Positions 1 through 12,870 of a stretch of DNA of 64,000 nt are shown piece by piece. The stretch comes from Pavona decussata (Eukaryota). Under the pieces are notes generated by a model, which saw only the letters and a program-made list of their open reading frames with translations, was not told the DNA's origin and did no database searches. Position numbers and translations under genes: made by a program. The stretch is from assembly GCA_977016875.1 (NCBI GenBank), contig CDRNST010000323.1:1674001-1738000 (forward strand). The letters are read 5' to 3'. Every line of letters begins with the position of its first letter. Within the stretch, counting starts at the first letter, position 1.

Positions 1-35
1 GAGTGGAAAGTAAACGCAAGATGGAGGACCTAAAG

Positions 36-346
36 GGACTATGTCACCACAGGCGCATGCGCACGTTGATAAGAAACATTTTAAAATGGTTGGGCCAACT
101 TTTTCAAATGCCGCTGGAGGGTTCGGGAAGCTGTTTTCATCTGTTTGAATCGCGTTCATCTTCGGAAAATTAGCTCAAATTTTTCTTGACAAACGTGCTT
201 TAGTAAGTACAGATTTTGAGAATCTGTCTGTGGCGATATTTTTGAAAGCTCTTGCAATGGCGGAAAAGCAAAAATCCAGTGACGAGTTGTGTGCGAATTA
301 GTCTCAACTGGACTCTTCTGCACATGTGCCTCAGCTGACATAGTCC
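36..346. mobile_element. Small non-autonomous DNA transposon (MITE)
   Basis: TIR ggactatgtca (36-46) / tgacatagtcc (336-346). Confidence 0.5.
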
Positions 347-2139
347 AATGTTTAATATTTGATTATTTCTACTCAACGCCCTATCCTATCCAGGCGCGGC
401 GGCGCCGCCATCTTTCGAAACTCCACGTTTTTGGACGATACTCTCCTGTTCCTTAGTTTTTACCTTTTTACTACTCAAGTGAATGGTGCCTAACGGCTCA
501 ACTAACTTTCGATAACGATGTGAGAGTCAATTCGTGTTTTACAAGACCTTCCTTTTACATAACCTTCAATTGTAGCACTTATGCGGTGGCTTTCGCTCAC
601 GGCACGCGGGTAATTTTGTAGATCAAGTTACGAATCAGATTAACATCTAACAGTGTACTCCTCCAACCTAATAACCAGTATCTCGTTGAAAACATGGACC
701 AAAGGCGGAAAAATAAATTTCAGCTCTCTCCATAAGGAGGGGGTGGGGAGGTAATGTACATGTTGTTAAATATTTCTCACCTAAAACATTGACTGCTGGT
801 TTAAAAACTCTATCTTTTAAAAAATTCGTCTTATCGTCTGCAAGCTCTTAAAGGGCTCCACAATCCCTCACGTCCACAAGACTCCTCAGAAAAGATTCTG
901 TGACGTCATATGCCAACTTTACTCTTAGGTATCTGTGTCGGTTCTTTTGAACAATATTTTTGTACGAAGTTTGCTCTGAGGGCGCAAAGTGTTTATCGAG
1001 AATGCTTATGTTTTGTTTTTAGAATTGTTATTAATTGTACCATTTTACCTTTTTACAAATTACTAGATTGCGGAACGTGAAGAATGAATTACATTAAACA
1101 TCCCGTTTCTATCTTATTCCAGAGTAGCCAGAGAGCCGATTTAAACTATAAAAAAATCTTCATTATACTGGATGACATGTCCCTTTAGGAGAAAAATGGG
1201 TAGATGTCAGCAAGGTTCGGATTACCACATTGGCAGATTTATGTAGGTAAAGATTACATTGATGTATTTTCCCTTAGGAAGATGAAGAACGTACTTACAA
1301 TGTGAGACATTACGCAATGGGTCCAGTTGAGAAAATGCTTTAAAAAGCAACATGTGCCCACCCCATCGTCTCATCGTCTTAGCGGGAACTGAAAGCTTTG
1401 AAAGTTTTGTGAAATATGAAATGACTCCATCTCGGAAGCGAGATGAAAACCGAGGCACCGTTCACTTTAGTGGGGTAGGGTAGAAAAAAAAAAGCCTTTA
1501 TTTGGGGATCGGGGAAGGGGGGGGGGGGGGGGGGGACTACGTGAGTAAATTAAGTGAGTGGAAAGGATAATCCAAAAAAAGGCCACTTCGGAGGATTGAG
1601 GTGGAGCGGGGAGAGAGCGCTGAGTACAAATAATCATATTTTTAAAATTGCGTTGGCGTTGATCCCGCCCTGCTAATAGTGGCTAATAAGATTTTGCAGT
1701 TTCTCTCAAATAGTTTCCAATTCTGTATTGCGGATTCCGCCTTCCAGATTTCCGGATCCTCCTATTCCACAGTTTTGGGATTTATTGCTTTGCATACGCC
1801 TTCCACTGGCGTAAACCGATCCGCAGTAGGGTAGGGCGGGGCAGTGGTGCAGCTTTTGAACTTAGCTGAGATTTTTGTCCAAATACCCATTGCAGGGAAT
1901 TTGTGGATGGTCAAACGAGTCTCTAAATGTCTGAAAAAATTTGTCAGACAGTCCACTAAAACGGTCAAAAATCTATATTGCGTCACATTCCTCGACTGTA
2001 CCTCTCCTTTTCCTCACAGGAGGCGGGGTATGGTCAATTAAGGTTTGGTGCATAGTTAATTTCCGTGACTTCTTCAATGCAAGAAGACAATTTTGGGGAA
2101 ATTGGGGAACTTTTTCGTCGCAACAAATTGAATTTGCAG

Positions 2140-5100
2140 GGAGACAAAACAGTTATATACATTGAAAGCATTTCATGTGGTCTTCAGTCTGCGATCGAGG
2201 AACAAAGATTCTAATCCCAGCAAGAAACATCAGCCTTCAGAGAAGATTAGCTGTTTGCATGAACCGGCAGAGAAGGTCAGTATGGCGTATCGCTGTAGTT
2301 GTTTAAAGGAGGAGTCCTCATGTATTACAGTTCGTTCAACCCTAAGACCCCTACGAATCAAAAGAATTTTCAGAACTCAAAACCTTAGATCAAGGATAGT
2401 GGACTTCAAACCACCAGAAGTTTTTCAGTGATCAAGACAATTTGAATACATTTTCCTATATAAACAAGGTGAGAGGGAACAACATAGTATTTGTGACGCT
2501 TCATTGGGTCACGGTAAAGAATAGGCGAAAATCGCATATTTATTTTTCGCACAAAAGGAAGTAAATAAAACAAATCAATTGCACCATGTGGAAATGTTTT
2601 GCAGTATCGTTAATACATATCTACGAAAGTGACTACAATTTAGGATTTCACTGAGGCGGTGACTGTGCTGAACCAGTAACAGAATCTCTGATCGTCATGT
2701 GTTTGAATCATTTTTAACAATGACATATGCCACAGATGGATTCGATAAAACGTTGTCTTTTGGAACGGCTTTTGAGTTTTGTCGCATTTACTCTTTCAAA
2801 AGGAAATGAATGGAACTGAATCGATGTTTCACTAATCCTGTTATTGCAATAGGCTTTGCTCAGTGTCGAATCTTTGCTCCATTTGAGTTTTTCACCTTTA
2901 AGGATTCAACTTATACCAGTTGAATATTTATTGGGAAATAATGACCTTTTCACTAGAAAAAAGCAAGCATGTTTTGCGGCGTGCCCAAAGCATGCAAATG
3001 CCTGACTTTATGCTGGAGCCGTAAACAGAGACTCTACCGATTGATACAAACAATCAGTTATGTGGTAATTATATGTTCTGTTCCTTTTTGAGTTCAATCT
3101 ATAGCTAAAGTCTAGTACTTGACCGCAAGAATTTAAATTTTAATAGATTTAGAACCACAGTGGCTCATTTCGTGAATGGATTCGCTATTGGTGAGATCTT
3201 CCAGAACGAAGAAAGGCTTCTGTGGAATGATGCCAATTTATACAAAAAGGTCATGCAGAAGACAGCCGCACGTTTTGCAGTGCGCGAAGGTGCATTCGTT
3301 GTGCTTTTGAAGGCATTTTTTATTGCTCCTAACTGAAACTCAATGTTATTCCCTTTACGAGTATCAAATAATTTGTGTTAATTGCAACGGAGGCCACATG
3401 CCTCGCTTAATATAAACTGACCTGCTGTTTGTGCATGAACTTGCGGGACTTAAGTGGCTTTCCGTGGCAGGCAGAGAAGATGTTTTTAGCCACTGCTTAG
3501 CCGAGGGACTGATCATGAGGAAAAAGATTATTAAACTAAAAAAAAAAAAAAAAAAGAGGTGAAAGAGGGTCGTGGATTATGTGTGTGTTAAACAACAGTA
3601 GGCTAATGGCCGCAAATGATTTAAATTTTTAACTTACTTCCAGATTACCAACCTCAGGTTTTTATTGTGAACGTCCTTCGCTACGTGTTCCCTAATTTTA
3701 AAAAGATAATTTTCTCGGTTTTCATTTGTCCGTCTGTCACGTTTAAAGATAGCTGATACACTTGCGTGTGAATCAAATCATTCACTAGCTCATCCATTCT
3801 TTATTTCGTGGTAATTACACGTTCTGTTTCGTTTTGGTTCAACCTATTGCTAAATTCTAGTATGACCGCGAGAATCTTTATAAATGTTTTGAATTTTGAT
3901 AGTTTTAGAACCATAGTGACTCGTTTCGTGAGCGGAGATCTTCTAGAGCGAAGAAGGTTGAAATGATAGCAATTTATGCAAAAACTGACATGAGGTCATG
4001 GCCAGAAATCAACCGCGTCTACTTTACTGCGCGAAGGTACATTCACTGTGCTTTTGAAGTACATTTATTACTTCTAGTTGAAAATAAATGTTCCTCCCTT
4101 TAGGAGTATAAAATAATTTGTCTTTATTGTGACCGAGGCCGCATTAAAACGTGCAGTTTGTGCATGAACTTTTACGACTTGTGGCTTTCCGTGTAGTGTT
4201 AATCCTTTGGAGTACTAAAGGGCAGTGAAGAAGTTTTTAGCCACTGTTTAGCCGAGTTTCTTTTTTATAGCTAAATTCTAGTATGACTGCTAGAATCCTA
4301 ATAAATGTTTTATATTTTGATATTTTTAGAACCACAGTGGCACGTTTCGTGAATGGAGATCTTCTAGAACGAAGAAGGCTGGAATGATAGCAATTTAATA
4401 TGGAATGAAAAGGTCATGGCCAGAAGACAACCGCGTTTGCTCCACTGGGCGAAGGTACATTGACTATGCTTTTATTTTGAAGCACATTTATTCCTTCTAA
4501 CTGAAAAAAAAATGTTCCTCCCTTTAGGAGTATAAAATAATTTGTCTTAATTGTGACCGAGGCCACATTAATACTTGCAGTTTGTGCATGAACTTGTAGG
4601 TTTAGTGGTTTTCCGTGTAGTCAGATTAATCCTTTGGAATACTAGAGGCAGTGAAGATGTTTTTAGCCACTGTTTAGCCGAGGGACTGATCATGGGTAAA
4701 AAGATGATTAAATTTGCGGTGGAAGAGGTGCGTGGATTATTCAAGTTAAAATGTAAGAGGTCATGAAAACTCCAGTAACAAGTGAATTAGTCGTCAAGAT
4801 ACCGATTAAAGTATATATGTGTGTGTTAAACAACAGTAGGGTCATGGCCGCAAATGATTTTATTTTAAACTTACTTTAAGATTGCCAACTTCAGGTTTTT
4901 ACTTCGAAAGTCCTTTGCTACGTGTTAAACCTGATTTTAAAAAGAGAATTTTCCCGGGGTTGACTTTTTCTGTCTGTCACGTTTCAAGATAGCTGATGCT
5001 CTTGCGTGTGAATCAAATCATTCCCTAGCTCATCCATTCTTGATTTCATAAAAATTAATCACTGGGGAAATAACTTGCGAGTCGATCCTGTTAGTTTGTC

Positions 5101-8100
5101 TTCAGCATAGTGTTTTTTTTTTTTTTTTTTGCGAATGACGTTTTTACCAGAGAAAGCAAGCATGTTTTGCGGCATACCCATAGCAATTTCTTGACTTTAT
5201 ACTGGAGCTTAAACAGAGACTCTATCGATCGATACAAACGCAATTATGAGGTAATTATATGTTCTTTTTCTTTTTGGGTTCAATCTATAGCTAAATGCTA
5301 GTATGACAGCTAGAATCCTAATAAATGTTTTATATTTTGATATGTTTAGAAGCACAGTGGCCCGTTTCGAGAATGAAGATCTTCTAGAACGGAGAAGGTG
5401 GAATGATGCCAATTTAAAGTGCACAAATTAGGTCTTGCAGAAGCGTGTACTCCACTGCGCGAAGGTGCATTTGCTGTGCTTTTGAAGGCATTTTTTTTAT
5501 TATTGATTTCGTACTGAAAGTAAAAGTTCTTCACTTTAGGAGTATAAAATAATTTGTCTTAATTGCGACTGAGGCCGTTTGCCTCGCTTAATATAAAACC
5601 TGCATGTAGTTTGTGCATGAACTTCTGGGACTAGTTACTTTCGTGTAGAGGCAGTGAAGATGTTTTTAGCCACTGTTTAGCCGAGGTACTGACCATGATT
5701 AAAAAGATTATTAAATTAAAAAAAATTGAGGTGAAAGAGGGTCGTGGATTATGTGTGTGACAATAATAGGCTCATGGCCGCAAATGATTTAATCAAGTTT
5801 AACTTACTTCAAGATTGCCAACTTCAGGTTTTTATTGTGAACGTCCCTCGCTACGTGTTACCTAATTTTAAAAAGATAATTTTCTCGGTCTTCATTTGTC
5901 CGTCTGTCACGTTTCAAGATGGACTTGCGTGTGAATCAAATCATTCACTAGATCATCCATTCTTGATTTCGTAAAAATTTAATACTTGGGAAATAACGTG
6001 CGAGTGGAACATGTTAGTTTGTCTTCAGCATAGTATTTTTTTTTTGCGAATGACGTTTTTACCGGAGAAAGCAAGCGTGTTTTTTGCGGCATGGCCATAG
6101 AAAATGCTTGACTTTATGCTGGAGCGTAAACATGCAGAGAGTCTATCTATTATTACAAACAATCGGTTATGTGGTGATTATACGTTCTGTTTTGTTTTGG
6201 GTTCAATCTATAGCTAAATTTTAGTATGACCGCTAGAATCCTTATAAATGTTTTGAATTTTGATATTTTTAGAACCACAGTGGCTCGTTTCGTAAATAGA
6301 GATCTTCTAGAGCGAAGAAGGTTGAGGTGATAACAATTTATGCAAAAACTGAGGTCATGGCCAGAAGACAACCGCGTCTACTCCACTGCGCAAAGGTACA
6401 TTCACTGTGCTTTTGAAGCACATTTATTACTTCTAACTGAAAATAAATGTTCCTCCCTTTAGGAGTATAAAATAATTTGTCTTAATTGTGACCGAGGCCG
6501 CATTAAAACTTGCAGTTTGTGCATGAACTTGTACGACTTGTGGCTTTCCGTGTAGTCAGTCAGATTAATCCTTTGGAATACTAGAGGCAATGAAGATGTT
6601 TTTAGCCACTGTTTAGCCGAGGGAATGATCGTGAGTAAAAAGATCATTAAATGTGAGGTGGAAGAGGTGCGTGGATTATTATGTGAGAGGTCATGAAAAC
6701 TTCAGTAACAAGTGAATTAGTCTTCAAGATACCGATTAAAGTATATATGTGTGTGTTAAACAACAATAGTCTCATGGCCGCCAATGATTTAATTTTAAAC
6801 TTATTTCAAAATTGCCAACTTCAGGTTTTTACTGAGAAAGTCCTTCGCTACGTGTTAAACCTTATTTTAGAAAGAGAATTTTCCCGGTGTTCACTTTTTC
6901 CGTCTGTCACGTTTCAAGATAGCTGATGCTCTTGCGTGTGAATCAAATCATTCACTAGCTCATCCATTCTTGATTTCGTGAAAATTAATCACTGGGGAAA
7001 TAACTTGCGAGTCGATCCTGTTAGTTTGTCTTCAGCATAGAATTTTTTTTTTGCGAATAACGTTTTTACCAGAGAAAGCAAGCATGTTTTGCGGCATGCC
7101 CATAGCAAATACTTGACTTTATACTGGAGCGTAAACAGAGGCTTCTATCGATCGATACAATCGCAATTATGTGGTAATTATATGTTCTGTTTTTTTTTTT
7201 TTTGTTCTGTTCAATCTATGGCTAAATTCTAGTATGACTGCTAGAATCCTAATGAATGTTTTATATTTTGATATTTTTAGAACCACAGTCTCCCGTTTTG
7301 TGAAAGGAGATCTTCTAGAACGAAGAAGGTGGAATGATGCCAATTTAATGTGCACAAATTAGATTTTGCAGAAGCGTGTACTCCACTGCGCGAAGGTGCA
7401 TTCGCTGTGCTTTTGAAGGCATTTTTTATTACTTATTTCTTGCTGAAAGTAAATGTTCTTCACGTTAGGAGTATAAAATAATTTGTCTCAATTGCGACCG
7501 AGGCCGCATGCCTCGCTTAATATAAAACCTGCAGTTTGTGCATGAAATTGTAAGACTAGTAGCTTTTCGTGTAGAGGCAGTGAAGATGCTTTTAGCTACT
7601 GTTTAGCTGACCATGAGTAAAAAGATTATTAGAGTTAAAAAAAATTGGGGTGAAAGAGGTGCGTGGATTATTCAAGTGAAAATGTGAGACGTCATGAAAA
7701 CTTCACTGAGTAACCAGTGGAATAGTCTTCAAGATACCGATTAAAGTGTATCATGTGTGTCAAAAAACAATAGGCTCATGGCTGCAAATTATTTAATTTT
7801 TAACTTACTTCAAGATTTCCAACTTTAGGCTTTCACTGAGAAAGTCGTTTGCTACGTGTTACCACAGAAAGCAAGCATATTTTGCGGCATGCCCATAGCA
7901 AAGGCTTGACTTTATGCTGGAGTGTAAACAGAGACTCTATCGATCGATACACACAATCACTTATGTGGCAATTATTTGTGTTCTGTTTCTTTTTGGGTTC
8001 AATCTATTGCTAAATTCTAGTATGACCGCTAAAATCCTAATAAATGTTTAGAATTTTGTTATTTGTAGAACCACAGTGGTTCGTTTTGTGAGTGGATATA

Positions 8101-8360
8101 TTGTATAGAACGAAGAAAGGTGGAATGATGCCAGTTTACATGAAAAGGTCATGCAGACAACCGCGTCAACTTCACTGCGCGAAGGTGCCGCCATTCACTC
8201 TGCTTTTGAAGGTATATTTTATTACCTCTAACTGAAACTGAATGTTCTTTCCTTTACTGAGTATAAAATAAATTTGTCCTAATTGTGAGCGAGGCCGCAT
8301 TAAAACTTGCAGTTTGTGCCTGAACTTGTAGGAATAGTGGCTTTCTGTGTAGTATTAATC
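2140..8360 (+). pseudogene. Putative decayed multi-exon gene of unknown family underlying the tandem array
   Basis: Recurrent GT..AG segments of ~67-95 nt with pyrimidine tracts separate partly open exon-like blocks; upstream exon-like blocks ~2140-2468 (AAG|GTGAGA) and ~2644-2900; many stops and indels. Confidence 0.45.
2940..8360 (+). repeat. Complex tandem array, ~0.9-1 kb unit, 7 (partly truncated) units
   Basis: Core ctgcgcgaaggt recurs at ~3284, 4030, 4449, 5458, 6389, 7389, 8178; other anchors (aagcaagcatgttttgcggc, gtttgtgcatgaactt, gcgtgtgaatcaaatcattcactag) recur in order. Confidence 0.95.
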
Positions 8361-9197
8361 CTGAATAGAGACAGTATCTGAAATTAAAGCAGGGGAAGAA
8401 TAAACTAACGTGACCATAGTTCTTTGTGGGATAGTAGGTAAATGTTATCAGAGCTGAGAAACTAAATGTATATATATGTATATATTTTAAAGCAATCAAC
8501 AGGGAACAATTTGTACAATTCCATAAGCTGCAAGCTCAATAGAAAAATCTCGTCCAAATTAACAGTTACTTTAAACCAACGAAACTTCTTACTAGGTAAC
8601 CTAAGACTACCTCTTTTGGGCCTTGTGGTCTAAGTAGGTTAATTTTTGCATATGAATCAAATTCCGTGCAATTCGCTTGCGTGCCATCTTTTGCGATGAT
8701 CAATACGGAATGAGGAGTCTTAACCCTTCTTAATGACCTTCGAAATACTTTAAACTTTAGTTTTTATCAAACTGACCTACTTGTTGCCGAACAGTTGCCG
8801 CCAGAGTTATAATAGACTGTAAATTCAATTGTCTGTCATGAATTGCAATCATCCTCTTCTTTCGAAACGGGAAATTATCCATTCCTATGTGACGATTTTC
8901 TGCAAGTTTGCACCCACTAGCGAGCTAAAATAGAGACACTCTACAAATCACACAGAGGATGAAGTATAATGATTTAACATTAGAATTAAAACACATAAAT
9001 ATATATTTTGAATTAGCTCAAGGTATTTCGGTTAAGACTTTAAGACTTAAGAGTTGACTTTATTGGGCAGCCAAAACAACAAAAACAGCAACATATGCAA
9101 AGGGAAGAAAATTGTTACTTCTGCAGACGAAAAAAATGTTTAGTTGTCACTAGTAGAATTGTTCGATTCAAACAGGCTTTTTTGTATTCGATGCTGT

Positions 9198-9670
9198 ACA
9201 TACATACATATAAACATACATACACTTTATTTGATAACGCAGGCTGATGTGGACCTGCCTAAAGTACTGAAAGTAAACTAACGAATTTACAGAAAGAAAA
9301 TAATGACAAAAAATGTGTTACAACATGTGTGCGAATGTGTATTACGTATGATGTGTATTATGTATGATTAAGAAGACGAAAAGGAGATGGATTATTGAGA
9401 ATAAAAATGGAGTCAAGAATAATAAAAGGAGTCATTCTTGTTCATAATGAGGGAGCCTTCTTTATCGAAGCTAAGGTCATTCATGGTTTTGTGGGCGTTT
9501 TTTGAAGGTGCTCACGTTATCACAGTTCTTGACTTTCCCGGGGATAGCATTCCATATCATAGTACCTCTGTGCTGAAGAGAAAGTCTTCCTAATTCTTTA
9601 TAAGGCCATGTGTAGTTCAAGTTGTTTTGTTCGTCTGATCTTATGCTTTTTCTCTCTCAATACAAAGAAA
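9198..9670 (-). mobile_element. CR1/L2-type LINE 3' end fragment
   Basis: Minus frame LGRLSLQHRGTMIWNAIPGKVKNCDNVSTFKK (typical ORF2 C-terminus), AATAAA plus (TATG)n tail; a shorter remnant in copy 2 at ~24424-24600. Confidence 0.65.
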
Positions 9671-12079
9671 CCTTGGATCTGTGTTAGCGCCGCGAGGTGA
9701 TATACTTGATGGATGCGTTTAACAATTGATTTGTTGTATATAAAAAGGATAATGGCTGCCAACTGACCATTTGGAGGACTTTCGTGTTGTCCGGCTTGAT
9801 TGCTTGGTAATCGATGGATAAATTTAGCTGCTTTAACTTAAATGGCTCCGTGAAGGAAATTTGATTTTTGTGATTGATGAGAAAGGGAAAAACGTTGACT
9901 TGGATCAATGTGAATCGATGGAACTCTTTAAATCAATTAAAGGAAGAATTCTCATGGCTTTTAATGGAAATTCCGTGTCGCTAAGGGCTGTTTCGTAACA
10001 TTTCTTCTTATACTGTTGCTTCAAATGCAATTGTTCATCTTAACACTGTCACTAAGGGTAGTGCATTAGTTTGACGCATTACTGTTCGATGAGCACGAAT
10101 TGTCGTGTAAAGTTCTACCACTTCCTTCTCTAATAATTAGTAAAAAGTGGGGATCTCCTTTTTCCGTCAAGTGCATGATTTGTGCCGAGTATATATCGAC
10201 CGATATCTTACACAGAAGACCAGACAATTTGGCAAATAACAACATGCATGGATGTTCGGAAAATTTGGTCTAATAAAAGGATACCAATATTCTTTGCTAA
10301 TCAGTATAGAGAAGTATGGAAAACTGAATAAGTCAGCTAAGGCAAGGTAAGCCAAGCTGCTAATAAATTTCGTAACCTTACAAAACCCCAGGTGAGGTTG
10401 AATTTCGCAGTGACGTTCGTTCTGATTTTTATGTTGCTCATTGAAGAATTTGAAAAAGCCAGTTTTATGGCACTGACACGTAGTCAAACGCGATTGTCTA
10501 ATGAGATTCACTTCAAAGTCCATTGTTGATTCCGTAATCCTGAAGTTTGGGGTGCCGTTTCCTCTGGACGTTCTCGGCGTTACTATAGTGAACATATTCC
10601 GTGATTTTCGGGGCCCACCCTCCTGAGTGAAATAAAAATGACCATCTCGATGGCGAAGACATCACTGCGTGGAATTAAGTTCCTAATCTTGGAAGGCAAA
10701 TGTTCTCTAGTAATTGGCGTGGCATTTTTCGATCAGTTGACATTTCATGAACATTATTGTGGAGGCTTCGCAGCCAGATCCTGTTGATAGAAAGTTAAGG
10801 CGTATGTATGTTTCTTAGAACAGAATGATTTTCTTGAAAAATGTAACACGTTTAAGAGATAAACAAATCGCGGTAGCAGTCAGTCGAAACTGTCTGGTAT
10901 GATCGCAGTGTCTTCGCCCTTAGTTGCTTAATAGCCTCAACAAGGCAACTGTATTAATTCAGGCAATTCCTATCGTTAATTGGCTACTGTTATGTCATTT
11001 GCTATAGGAACAAATGGACATATTTAACTTACGGGCAGTAATTGAACTAAAAATTCCCGCTTGAAGCCTCTCCCAGATGGAATCAGACTCTTGTTAGGCT
11101 GACGTCGTTTGGCTGCACCAGTTTAAGCATTCAACAGTGATCCTGGCAAAGTCAAATCAATCCAGTTGGATCATTTGTTTGATATCGTAATCCTTGAATC
11201 CGCACTTTAGTGGAAACAATCTCGCGTGAGTTAGGAATGGTTCCAAAGAGAGTCATATTTATAAGCAGCATTGTACGTTTGACATACGTAACCCATTAAC
11301 AAATGGCAAACTTGATTGATTTTCAAGTCTCGTATTTCAGTAACAAACTCAAGGGCGTTGTAATGTTATGGTGATTGTGGTTGTTTTTTGACCAAAGGTA
11401 CATTCATAAAATTCCTTACATCGGAAATTCTGCATACACGAGATTGTAACAGATCTAGATTACAGTAGGCCAGTAATTCGTTTGTACGATATCAGCTTCA
11501 CATGCAGTGATATACATCTCTTGCACAATGTTGGCTTGCAGGTCGCTTCGCTTTCAGTTTAATGTTGCCGTCTTTAATGAATGAATACTCAACAACGGTG
11601 ACACGAGTTGTACTAGCGACATCACTTGGCGACTTCATGACTTTCTAAGAGAGATTCCCAAAACTCGTCACAACGTAGCTCGGGCCGGGCTCATCTGAAT
11701 TTGTAGTATCGATGAGATTAGTGTATATCAGCGGCATGGAATCCTCCTCCTCCAAAGGGTCAGAAGCTGCCCCTTTATCGATCAAACGTCCCATTAAAGG
11801 CAGACATGGTCTTTATTCTGATCATCTCCAGCCACTGGGCTTGGCTCGTGTAAGAAAACCATATGCGCTCTGTGTTCTGTGTATTCCAAGTAGCCTTTGG
11901 ATTAGCAAACCGTTCCGATTAGCAAAGAGAAATTTGGTTGGGCATGTCTTTCCTCTCTCTTTGTAGGGGATGAATCCAGTTCTTCCTCTGTTCAGCTCGG
12001 TCATGTTGTTGTCCCACCCAATTGGGTTCGTATTGCTGATTATGTTAATATTAATATTGATTTGGTTTGTATCGCACAA

Positions 12080-12610
12080 ATATTAATCCAAGAAATTTTC
12101 ATCTGCGCATTACATTGACTCAATATGTTCTCTCAAAAGCTGCAATCTGGAGGTGGTTACTCTATCTGCCCTGTTTCGGAGGATCTTGTTAGAACTACCT
12201 CTAGCAGCTATTATTTGGGCTGGACGACCTTAGCAGCTATTGCTTGAAAACAACGGCCTCTTCCATCTCTCCATCTCTGACTGCAATCTTTAACCTCAGT
12301 ATTTCTTCTGTTTTTTCCCGACCTTTGGAAATTAAAACAACGAAGGTTTCGCCACTTCCCTAGGGTAGTTCGTTATTTGAACGATCCTATTATTGTACAT
12401 TATAAGTTCTTGCTGTTGTCTGAATAATTATTGAGCAACAAGTACACCTAACTTTTGACGACGTCCTCTCGCAGCTCGAGTTACTTCTGGATTCACAATT
12501 TGGTTTTCGAAGTTACTGCACGTGTGAGCTGCTATCGTTGATCTTTAAGGTCTTTCTCAGTGCTCTTCTATTTTTCTAAAACAACTCGTTGCGCCTTCAT
12601 GCAAGATCTG
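12080..12610 (-). mobile_element. Degenerate LINE ORF1-like fragment
   Basis: Coiled-coil-like stretch, then WRNLRCFNF..REKTEEILR and RPAQIIA, reminiscent of the L1-type ORF1 RRM; frameshifted. Confidence 0.35.
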
Positions 12611-12615
12611 GATGG

Positions 12616-12870
12616 TCAAAGAGTATGAGAACCAAAGAGCGGCAAAAATAATTTCGGCAAAAAAATGTCCTCCTCTTCGCCATCCTCTTCATCTTCAGCA
12701 AGCACAAGTAGAACATCAGCAGCAAGATGTAGCACTATGGATCTCACCCTGTCAGCCTTCTTGCCTCTCAATGGTAGATTGTGGTGGTCTAAATACTTAT
12801 TTAATTCTGCCACAGTGAGCTTCCCGGAGTTACCACCTTCCAATAATTTCAGATTCTGCAGTCGTAATCA
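12616..12870 (-). pseudogene. Degenerate fragment with SAP-like motif
   Basis: GKLTVAELNKYLDHHNLPLRGKKADRVRSIVLHL fits the SAP consensus, followed by an acidic tract; no intact upstream frame. Confidence 0.4.

Larger units (their letters stand above)
938..12048 (+). repeat. Segmental duplication, block A copy 1
   Basis: Colinear high similarity with 18894-26897, from tcggttctttt..tgtacgaagtttgctctga to aattgggttcgtattgc.gattatgtta. Confidence 0.95.

Noticed and set aside
1222-2431. Short ORFs apparently conserved at 19177-20352
   Set aside because: Conservation is explained by the DNA-level duplication, not by coding constraint
10167-10595. 142-aa - strand ORF
   Set aside because: Broken by frameshift and stop in the duplicate copy (24884-25568); no motif
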